From assembly GCF_000181795.1 (NCBI RefSeq), contig NW_003526941.1, positions 2,163,571 through 2,183,570 of the forward strand: 20,000 nt of DNA. Direction: 5' to 3'. Within the stretch, counting starts at the first letter, position 1, and each line of letters begins with the position of its first letter. The position numbers and the translations under genes are program-made. The DNA comes from Trichinella spiralis (taxonomy: Eukaryota). Of this stretch, positions 9,931-19,679 are shown in pieces. The notes under the pieces were generated by a model, which had not been told where the DNA came from, did no database searches, and saw nothing but the letters and a program-made list of their open reading frames with translations.

Positions 9931-12900
9931 CTATTGAACAAAATATGTTATTGTATTTTCTTTGAAATTATTTTCCACTCTGTATTGCCTACTTTTGGTT
10001 GAGGCGTGCTTTCGTTGATGCACTGCTGTTTGCGGCATTCGTCTTGCTCTAACTCATACGGATAGCAGTCTTCGCTTGGAATTCCGTACGACTGATTTGA
10101 AAGAACTTTGAGAACTCCGAGCGGTCGGCCCCCTTCACAACCGTATGCTGCCGGTGGCGTGATGCAGTCGATGATCGACTGAGGTGACATCTCTGGTGGG
10201 GCTTTCTTCCACAACTGATGGTCAATCCAATATTGGGCAGTGGCCAAGTCGACAGCAGAGAACGCGTAACAAGAACCGCATGGTCCTTGTTCCCTGACGG
10301 ATGGTACCACATTGCAAAATGTCCATGAAAAGGCGGTTGGCACTTGACTCAAATAGCGGCTCACTTTTTCTGGTTCTATTTTGAACTGATATTCGGGAAG
10401 TTGTTGCTTCAGGCCAGTGAACTGGGTTGTAAATTCCACGCTAGTGGTGTCTGCGAATGTCGTGATCCCAAAAGTAACCCCTTGTTCAGTTTGATTAGCT
10501 TCGAGCGACGATTTCCAGTTGAACATGTCAATGCGGCATAGGTTTTCACGAAAAATCCGTCCTCTGCGTAGTGCTTCTTCAGCTGAGCTGTACTTCTTTT
10601 TGAACATTTTCAAAAATGAGTCGAACTTATCTTTCACCGCTTTTCCTTTACCAAATCCCAAAGGCGCCGTCTTTTTCTTCGTCGTCCAACCCATAAAGTA
10701 CGTATCACGGCGTTGCCTAATTCTAACACGTCTATCTGGAAAAAATGGATTATAAAAAAGCAAATGTTTCTATTTCTTTTCTTTTTTTAAATTTCTTGTG
10801 GCAAATTACAAAATAATTCATGTTTTCTGAAGCTTATTATAATAATAATTATTTATAAATATTTCTATAAATTCAGTGGTTTATGTAAAGCATGAAAGTA
10901 AGTGCACCGATACGATATACATACAAAGGCAGAAGTTGTTCAATTTTACCTGATTCACCACAGCGGCATTCGATTGCAAATGAGATCAAATGGGATGAGT
11001 AGGTGTAATTTTCAGTCATGATATCTTCGAATTTTGCAAAATACAGCTTAACTGTTTTGTTGTGTCGATTCCAAGTGAAATAGTTGCACTGAAATTGGTA
11101 ATAAAGCATCATCAGGGTTCTTTGAATTGAAGAAACAAGATTTTTTATTGTTACGAGTGTATCTGCTTCGCATATTCGTTTTGTCTCTTCTTGCGTGTCA
11201 CCAACGAATGTTCTCAAAGGCAGGTTCGATCGTCTGGTATTGAGCTGCAAGTTGATTGGCTTGAGTTCTTTGAATAGAAACGTTTTCCACCAACAAAGAT
11301 TTGCATTGTCGTTCAACTGAGTATCTGGAAACAATTTACATATATGCATCTTACACTCTGTGCAATTTAAAGGGCAACAGATTTTTTTAATGGAAAAATT
11401 TGCATTATTTTACCTCAGTTTAATATGTTTAGATATTTTCGAGTTATTTTTTTTCATATTTATTTGCTCAACTCTTTTTCAAATACAATGTTCGAACAGT
11501 TCAATAAATTCAGTGTAAACAGATTTTTTCACATTCAGATTTTCATTGTTGCATATTCTTTGTTCACTTGTGATTGTCGACGTCTGTTTCCATTTGCAAA
11601 AAGTGTCTCGTAAAAACGAACACAACGCTTACTGTGGCACAGCACCACAAAGTGCATTTACAACTTCTGAGAATTTGAACAGAACTTTTTTGAAAAGTGC
11701 TGCTTTTGTTATGCTGTAATTTCCATTTCGTTAATTGCGATCTAGATTCTAATGTTTCTATTTTATGGGAATTACGGCACGAAAATAACAAGCGCAATTA
11801 AGCGCACTTTTACTGGCAATGCGTGAAATAATTTCATTTCCAAGCTGATTTTTAAGAAATTCAAGCTGCTTGCATCACATGTTCAAGCGAAAGTTTACGC
11901 TGATTAAAATGTAACAATTATTTATTTATTTGCTTAAACATTTAATAAATAATGTTGATTATTTTGTTCTGAAAACAACTTAAAATAGATCGCCCCGGTT
12001 CAGAGGTTGTTTAACACGAACATTTTAATGGAAAAATTAGTTCATCGTGATTAGATCTTTTTTCCGTAATGAAAATTGAAAAATATAGGCTAAAGTGAAA
12101 TGTGCCATTTGAAAAGCTTTACCGAATCAAGCAGTGAAAGCAATGGGGAAAGTTTGGTGTGAAAAATTTGAATATCTTTGAAAAACAGATGGAACACTTT
12201 TAAATATTCCTTTGAGCTTGATGAGTAAAACACTTTAAAAACATTTTTAAACAGTACATGAAAGTGTGCATCAGCGTTGTTGCATATTCAATGCTAGTAA
12301 ATGATATAACTTTTTTCAAATTACAGCTTCAGATTTTATTTATGAAATTCAAAGTAATAAATAGATCGATTGTCGTTGGAATAATTGAAAAAAATTTTAC
12401 AGTAAACTTAGGAATTTACTAAGTTGCAAATTTATTAAGATATTTCTAATTATTTACATATTCCACTGCAACGGTTTGGAAATTTTCTGAAACGAATCTG
12501 CTTAAACAATCTTAAGCATGATGGCAATGCAATATATTTTATTTACACATCTTGCTCACTTATCAGGTTGTTCACAATTGTTTAAAGTGTTTGAAATAAA
12601 TTAAAATAAATATAACAAAAATGAAATGTTTACCATTTAATGCGGTGCTGATGTGAACCGTTCCGTTGATTGTATCTGATATGGCGACAGTCGTGTTAAT
12701 TTTACCATGCTGAATGTTATCCGAAACGGACAACACTTGAAATTTGTCCAATATTTTTTGAATATCGGTCTGACTTATGAGGCTTTCATTTGTTTCATTG
12801 GATAACTGAAATTCAGTTGGTAAATGTTTAAAAAATGCAAGAAAATGCTACTTGAATGCGTATATAAGCTATGGCAAAAGAATAAAACATTTTCTTTATT

Positions 12901-13205
12901 AAAATAATAAGTAAATAAATAAATATATATATATATACAGATATATACAAACATGCACAATATGAGTGAAAGAATAAAATATTCAGATTTAGATTAATTA
13001 TTAGAGTAGAGATTTTTTAAAAAAATAATTCTACTTGCACATTAACAGCAGAAACATGATTAGCCAACAACAGTAGCAGTGGTAGCAGTAGCAAGGTGAG
13101 AGAGTGTGACAGTAGATGAAGATATTTTTGCCGGTTGGAAATGTCAAACAGAGTCAGGCTGGTTGGTTGTTGAATCCACATGGCGCAGAAGAACTTGGCT
13201 GCCAT
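9484..13205 (-). CDS. Multidomain papain-family (C1A) cysteine protease, cathepsin O/F/L-like, with a long N-terminal extension; hand-spliced 10-exon model, 705 aa
   Basis: Exons 13205-13035, 12805-12634, 12486-12458, 11844-11776, 11713-11633, 11583-11487, 11324-11155, 11088-10950, 10735-9993, 9930-9484. All introns are GT-AG, all phases are compatible, and the total is 2118 nt with no internal stop. Start context gcgaaaATGgca. The protease part is well supported; the linkage of the upstream exons is inferred. Confidence 0.7.
9993..10735 (-). CDS. Cathepsin exon 9: furin-like site, I29 inhibitor propeptide and N-terminal half of the catalytic domain
   Basis: ERFNIN motif E-ALR-R-GR-IF-RE-N-LCR-I-DMF-N, GITTFAD (GNFD-like), QGPCGSCYAFS with catalytic Cys at 10271-10269, SPQSIIDC, GCEGG, YPY. 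Acceptor TTTTCCAG at 10736, donor AAA|GTAGGC at 9992. Confidence 0.95.
10950..11324 (-). CDS. Cathepsin exons 7-8 (11324-11155 and 11088-10950): second PAN/apple-like module
   Basis: Open frame. Acceptor TTGTTTCCAG at 11325, in-frame 66-nt intron GTAACA...TTTCAG (11089-11154), donor TCA G|GTAAAA at 10949 that joins exon 9 in phase 1 (CRCGES-D-RRVRIRQRR). Confidence 0.75.
11487..11844 (-). CDS. Cathepsin exons 4-6 (11844-11776, 11713-11633, 11583-11487): first PAN/apple-like Cys-rich module
   Basis: Short open exons separated by 62-nt and 49-nt GT-AG introns. Translation LGNEIISRIASKSALNCACYFRA-HNKSSTFQKSSVQILRSCKCTLWCCAT-TSTITSEQRICNNENLNVKKSVYTEFIELFEH. Confidence 0.55.
12458..13205 (-). 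CDS. Cathepsin exons 1-3 (13205-13035, 12805-12634, 12486-12458): signal peptide and N-glycosylated linker
   Basis: LTLLLLPLLLLLANHVSA hydrophobic core followed by donor CAA|GTAGAA. Exon 2 is bounded by TTTCAG and G|GTAAAC and has sequons NET, NES, NTT, NGT. The 29-nt exon 3 is bounded by GTTTCAG and GTAAAT. Confidence 0.65.
12922..12947. repeat. (AT)n microsatellite in cathepsin intron 1
   Basis: aatatatatatatatacagatatata. Confidence 0.7.
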
Positions 13206-14762
13206 TTTCGCTTCTTCAAAGCAGTGGTTGATCGATGGGTGAAGTATTTTTGTCGACTTCCTCTTCTTCATGGCTTTGCATCGGTGTGGCCCAGAAATTT
13301 CTCCGGTCGCATGGAAGAAACAAACGGTGGCGTTGGAAGAGCAAATTGTCACTGAATTTCACACCAGCTATTGTAAATTGGCGGTTCTTCTTGTTCTTGT
13401 CGTATGCAAAGAACACTTTGTTTTGCCATGATGCGTCAAAAGAACTGGCCAAGCTCGGCTGACGGGCTTTTCATCGATGACTGAGCAACTAGTTCATTAA
13501 GCTTTTTCCAAGATAAGTGACAGCCCACAAATTAGGCCAAATAAATGCCGAAGTCGGCCACCACCCCGGCTGTTGCATTTCGGCACCGCTGTACCTTACC
13601 ACCTAAGTACTATACTTGCAGTGGGAAATATTCCAAAATTTCATTCTCTCTATTCATATTACCAACGACGACATCATTTCATTCGGACGCAGCAGTTGGT
13701 TTCCAGTACTCTAGAATCACGCTAAAATTGGGTCCTTCTTTTATTTTTATCATCTCCTTACACTCATGCCATCCTGTTTTTCATTGAAGTGAATCTTTCT
13801 TTTTTTCCAGTTAATCGTTATTTTCATTATTTTCTTTTCTATTTTACTGTTAATGTTTAAGAATTTCTCTTTAACATAGAAAATTTCACCAATCAAAGTG
13901 GCATTCATGTCGTATGTGGAAATTTTCTCTAATTACATCTTCTTTGCAGTATTTTTAAATTAAATGATCGATTCGGTGATTTTTCACAATAGAGTTTTGA
14001 GTTCAATGAACCTGAATTTACTTTATTTACAGTATATTCAGTAATTTCCTTTGTTGCGTTTGTTGATGTTGATCAGCGCTTGTCCCGTTCTTACCTACTC
14101 CCATCAACTTTTTAATGCACTGTCCTGCAATTATAATGGTAATTATTATAAATAAATAACTGTATGTGTAATGAGTTATTGTCATGTGGGTAAGTATGCT
14201 TCGTTGTTCTGAATAGATGCATTATTAAATGATGTTAATATATTTTTTATGTGTAGTGCAATTGTTTAATGACAATTTAATAGATGATGAGTAAATTATG
14301 TTTTGTTGGAAAACATTGAATCGTCACTTTATTTGCTGTAAGCAATAAATGTTAGACTTGACTTGACTTGTAGAAATGTTTGAAGAGACGCTGAAATTTG
14401 AATGTTGTATTTGCACTGATTGATTATTGAGCAACAGTATACGCAAAGCAAGCTTTAGAGTATTAGTTGACTGCAGTAAACGTTTGAGCATGATTATCAG
14501 TATTAATCTCGTGTTCTAGTATTTAAAAGTGTTCTTTCAAATATGCACAATAACAGTTGATAAAGTAGCTTTTTCCACAGTGATATAATGAGCATAATGT
14601 TGCACTTCCATCTACTCTTACAAATACTACATTTCGGTTCCTATCATATCATCAATATTTCTTTACGATTTTTTTTGCCTTTAATTTACCTTTTCTAACT
14701 AACGTCCGCTGTTATTGATTAGTTATATTTCAAACCAAATTTCAATGAAAATCAAATATTAA

Positions 14763-16340
14763 CCCTCATCCTGGCGGCAAATTTTACACCTTAATCCGGG
14801 CACCTGTCTACATATGTAGACACTGGAAGTTTCGTCGTGTTTATTCCCTGTACATGATGTTAAAATGATTATTTCTTCAAGAACTAATGATAATTTCACA
14901 AATATATTATTTTTTTTATTCAATGCAAGCGCTACACGATATTTTAGTGATTTTATGGTTGCTACATATATTTTTTTACATGAATGGCAGCGGTTTCACG
15001 TTGATTTTCGACGTCCTTGCTCTCGGCATTTTGATGGATTTTGTCGTTTTATGACTGATATTTGCAACCTTTATGATTTTGGGGCACTCCATAGCGGATG
15101 GAGGCACGTTTAGTTTGTGCCTAGATTTTTGATTTTGATACCTCATTTCGATGTAATGTTTGACCAGTTGAGCTGAAAGTCCTTTCATTAAACGCTGCTT
15201 TGTCTTCTAATAACTTTGCTGCTGGCTCATCAGTACGAATGCATTGTGATGAATACAGCAGTGATGAAGTACAGCATCAGCATGCTCTATCTGTTGGTCT
15301 TTCTTTTACAGCAAAAATCGTCTATTCTTGCATCCATGCTATCCACGCCTCCTTTGCCAAGATTATAGTCATTTATGATGTTTGGTCTTTTTTCACACCT
15401 CACTGGTTGTCTACTTTCAACTTTGCGTGGCATGAAGTCGACAGAAGAACATTGCTATTTTTTCTTGGCACGTAATTGAACATCGTTACTTTTCTGTTCT
15501 GCTCATAAACAGCTAATGTGGAGTAAATGATTAGCTGTTTAGCTAATGAAGATCACGTCGCGCTGCTTTACGCAAACATGCTAGAACATCATGGCAAACA
15601 TGTGCAAACACTGTACCAATAGCTGTAATGTACGTAAGACCATGCTAAAGAAGATGTAACACAATAGAATATGATGTAAAATAACTGTCCATAAAAACGT
15701 TTCTGTTAGAGTTCACAAATGGCTGTGCCAATTGCCCAACTTTGGTGCTTGCTAGATCAATTTGGCGTTCTTCACCACTTCTGCCAGTATATAACAAACC
15801 TTTCAGAGCATAACCATTCTCCGCGTCACATATCCACTTGATCTTCACACCGTACTTTTCTGGTCAAATAATCAAAAGGTCAATATGTATGGTAAAATGC
15901 AAAAGTGGCAATTATCACAAACGATTATCTATAGCAGTAAATAGCTCCATAGTGGATATCGCTCATCCAGTTTTTAAACCTGCCTTAAACAACTGACTGT
16001 TTTTGTCACATATTCAGCTAATAACAGTGACTCTTAAACAAACGTCAAGAAGTTCTAAGAGCAGTGAAACACTCATGAAGCATACCGTATTTATCTTTGG
16101 GGTTGGCACCCTTTTTGACTAATCTACTCTATAAAATCTACAGAAACTTTACTCCAGATTCCATAAAGCACACGAACATCTACCACATTCAAAACTAATC
16201 AGTGTGGTAACCTCAGAGCATTTTAGCTACTACAAACATGCCGATTATTTCAATATAATCATCAAAAAAAGCGAAAGTGTTATTTGTCTACATATGTAGA
16301 CAGGTGCCCCGAATATGAATAGTATACATGAAACAACAGC
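14763..16340 (-). mobile_element. Defective, internally deleted piggyBac DNA transposon
   Basis: TTAA|CCCT left terminus (TTAA 14759-14762). 25-bp perfect inverted repeats at 14798-14822 and 16285-16309. Transposase remnants lie between them. The right terminus is degenerate; the nearest TTAA is 16341-16344, so that boundary is approximate. Confidence 0.88.
14950..15862 (-). pseudogene. piggyBac (PGBD4-like) transposase pseudogene, C-terminal half
   Basis: Fragments KYGVKIKWICDAENGY...YTG, RNVFMDSYFTS (2nd catalytic Asp), TAIGTV, RPNIINDYNLGKGGVDSMD (3rd catalytic Asp), KRKTNR* and a C-terminal RCHSCKK/ICSNH Cys-rich remnant. Several stops and frameshifts. Confidence 0.92.
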
Positions 16341-18198
16341 TTAAAAACGTCATAGAACCAAACAAATTAGCTGTGAAGATAGAGCATATCGAAATTTATC
16401 GAAAGTTTTGGAATAAGGTTAATTATTTTTATTTAAATCACAGCACTGCTCCAAACATCGTATTTAAATCACGGATTAGAGTTAAACCTTTCAGAAGCTG
16501 CTCATCAGCGCTCTTTTAATGATGGTTGTTTGTGTTTGTTATAATTTCATTGTTCGGTCAAGTTGAGGTGATATATTTTTACTCATTTCAATTACGTCAC
16601 AATTACTGTAAAATTACAGGAGTTATTGACAGGCAGGTGTAACATGCCTTTCAGTTGGTCATTTTCTTGTTATTCAGTAGTTAGTGTAATCTGTAGTATA
16701 TGAAAAAGTAGTATGACAGCAATTGTAAAATGTATTGCCATAAGCAGTGCTACTTCATAAAATTTATGTGCTATTAGAAACTGAAAATTAGGTTATTTGA
16801 CCTAAGGTGAAGTAATATTCTATTTGCATAATTTACTTACTACTCGTTTGCTAATTTTTAGTTTCCATGGTCAGTAACTTAGAGTATTTTCATGACGGCA
16901 GGTGGTGAACTTCAGTTTTCTCAGTAATTTTCCGGAATACTTACTTTTGTGTTCAGTTTTAATGCAGTTACATATTAGACATACAACGTTCACTTGGCAC
17001 TGTTCGACCCAAACTAATATGGAAATTAACTTTTTTTCTGAAACTGGCCTTATCAGTAGCAAGGTACTTGTTCACTTGACTGAAATAAATAGCTGTAACG
17101 TCAGATAACGTCCTCAGTTAATTATTACGCGAAGTTATGTAATCGCTGAATCTCGTTTTTCATCACTCGGCAGTATTCAGTTTTTAGATTTATTTTACAC
17201 TTTTATGTCCGTCTTTACAGTGTATTATTGCATTTGATTCAATACCGTAATAACTTTAGCCATTTAATTAAATCATTATATTTATGCTATTAAGCTATTA
17301 TTGACGGAAAATTAGGTTGTTTTACCGTGGGCAAAGTTTCCTCCTTTTGCATAATTTGCTTATTATTGTACAACTTTTCAGAATACTTCATTCATTGCAT
17401 CGTCATGGAAGCGTGCACGTGCTCAACTATGATTCTACTCTTTAATATCAACTGTCATTATGAAAGATGTAAGTTACATATTGATAATGTGGTCCATGTA
17501 TTTTATGCATGCTGTTTGCATGACTTCACATGTATGGTGAATGGAAACTAATGTTTTTCTTTGTTATTATTATATATTATGAAACAGTTGTTTTCTATTT
17601 TTAGATGACTTCACCTTCAATCTTCACGTCAATTAAAAAAAGGCTACAAATAGGTGTTATGGAATTTAAATGGTAAATGTAATGATTTTAAGATTACATA
17701 TTAAAGATGTTTTTAATTTTTTTTAGATGTCAGATAAGCAAGAAAGGCATCCATTACAGTTCCATACAAGGACATTTATTGTATTCACATAGTCTATGAG
17801 ATAAGTTCTTACAGTGTTTCAAAAGGCAGCGATCAGTTATCATTCCCTATGTACTTAACTGATTGATGGAAATAAGTAAGCAATTACTATATTGTTATTG
17901 TGTTCAACATTTTCGTGCTTCACTTGTATAAATATGATCACATAGACCAATGAAATGTGGAAAAGGGCATATAAAAAGTAATTTTAAGACGGATAGCGCC
18001 TGCATGAATAATGATTTTTATATTCAAGCAAAAATGGTACGGTAGTGTGTTTTAGTTCCTAATCGAGGTAAATATTTGGGCAAGGATATGTTTGCACGTT
18101 TTTACCGGGGAAGCAAGGGCAATATATAAGTGGAAGTGAAATATTTATACATGATTTATTTAATAATAATTTTCAGGTATAATAAAAATTAGCGTCAC

Positions 18199-18208
18199 NN
18201 NNNNNNNN
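18199..18208. other. Assembly gap (10 N)
   Basis: Run of n. Confidence 1.
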
Positions 18209-19116
18209 TTTTTATTATATTTGTTAAAATAAAGTTTTTTGGATTGCCAAGAGTTCCATCCCAGAGTTAGAAAGGGCCCTTTGGGTGATGGAATTTTCAA
18301 GCCAGGGGGAGACAGGAACAGCCCTTCATCCTGACTTTTATTGTGTGGGTTTATGTTTTTCACAGCCAAAATTTGGGTGTTATTCTTGGCAACCCAGCGA
18401 CTAGCACGCTTCCTTTGACCAATGAATTTTAATCACACATGATGAATGGTCTTATAGCACGGCCTCACCAGTGGTATATCTGTTCATTTTTGCGTGGCAG
18501 GAAAGTGGGACAGAAAGAACCATCGATATCTTTTTGTGGGAACGAAAAGTGAAGCATCGGTTCTTATTGATTATGATGAGAAACTCAGTAGATGTGGGAG
18601 AAAAAGAGGTGAGTTGATTTAGATTATCAAAGATCATGTCGCGTCTGTTTTTATGAACAGCACGGGAGAAACATCATGGCATACAGGCACGACCATTGTA
18701 ACAATTGTTGTAAGGTAGGTACAACCAGGTTAATGTTGATGTTTCTCATACCAATCCGAAGGTGAAGGAGCGCTCCTTAAAGACGTTTGAGTCAGAGTCC
18801 ACATATGGCTGGGCGAAAATACCAATCTTGGTGCTTATTGAATCAACTTGGCGTTGTTCACCAGTCTGCCTGTATTTTTCAAACCTTTCAGAGCTTATCC
18901 TTTTTCGGTGTCACATATCCAAAAGATATTCACACCGTACTTTTGTGGTCAAATAATCAAAAGGTCAATATGTATGGTAAAATGCAAAAGTGGCAATTAT
19001 CACAAACGATTATCTATAGCAGTAAATAGCTCCATAGTGGATATCGCTCATCCAGTGGTTAACCCTGCCTTAAACAACAGACTGTTTTTGTCACATAGTC
19101 AGAATCCACCACAGGG
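18209..19116 (-). mobile_element. Degraded duplicate of the piggyBac internal region (about 15150-16017), isolated between two N gaps; probable assembly artefact
   Basis: 18929-19102 is near-identical to 15844-16017 (offset 3085). Similarity decays leftwards (QKYGVNIFWICDTEKG*ALKG versus EKYGVKIKWICDAENGYALKG). Confidence 0.8.
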
Positions 19117-19126
19117 NNNNNNNNNN
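19117..19126. other. Assembly gap (10 N)
   Basis: Run of n. Confidence 1.
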
Positions 19127-19399
19127 TGAAGAATATGGAGCGGTGTATGATGTCATACGTTGCTCGTGAACGACATTTTTGAAGGATGCAATTCAAAAAG
19201 CAATTGTTACTCGGTAAGACATCAAAGGACGACAGATAGCGATTAAATTTCATAAGAAAAGGATTATCCCAGATGAAGTATTAATCACTTACGATATGTA
19301 TGAAAAAGTTCCATTGTTTCATGGAGAGGATAAGCATTGATTGATTGGCTCAGACTCAGGAATGGGTCCGGCAGAGATTACAGATGAGGGTAAAATTAG

Positions 19400-19660
19400 T
19401 GATGAAGAGAGCAGATTTTGAGGGGAGGCAATGAGAAAACATAACAATAGAAGGCAAAAAGGGGGAGGAGATAGACTAGGAGGGGAGGAGAGGAGATTTG
19501 CAGGGCAGGAGATAGACGATGAGGGGAGGAGAGGGGATCAGGAGGGGGGGGGATAGGAATGCAGGGGAGGAGAGGAGATTTCGCGGGGAGCAGCGGAGAT
19601 TCGCAGGAGATATCTTTGGAGGGGAGGAGAGAAGATGGGGAGGGGAGGAGAACCTCAGGC
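19400..19660 (+). repeat. Purine-rich (G/A) low-complexity tract with loose GGAGAT(T)T(C)GC(A/G)GG repeats
   Basis: Long GGAGAGG/GGGGAGG runs, with ggagatttgcaggg, ggagatttcgcgggg and ggagattcgcagga recurring. Confidence 0.75.
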
Positions 19661-19679
19661 ATCAAATTACATTTAATAT

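Noticed and set aside
11325..11357. ATG at 11349 (MHICK...) as the cathepsin start
   Set aside because: It gives no signal peptide, and a stronger TTTCCAG acceptor at 11325 joins the upstream exons in phase. Kept only as a minor alternative.
11358..11413. Candidate 56-nt intron (GAG|GTAAAA...GCACAG)
   Set aside because: Every phase combination produces a stop next to the junction, so it cannot be a coding intron.
13116..13787. Short overlapping ORFs on both strands upstream of the cathepsin start
   Set aside because: No recognisable domain or consistent splice chain; more likely 5'UTR or promoter sequence.
17590..17880. + strand splice-like signals (TTTTTAG at about 17605 and 17726; GTAAAT and GTAAGC donors)
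   Set aside because: Joined exons hit stops quickly in all frames tried. A non-coding transcript cannot be excluded, but it cannot be supported either.
19383..19394. GATGAGGGTAAA resembling the missing right piggyBac terminus (GATGAGGG-TTAA)
   Set aside because: Only an 8-bp match, no TTAA, no adjacent palindromic repeat, and it lies beyond two gaps.
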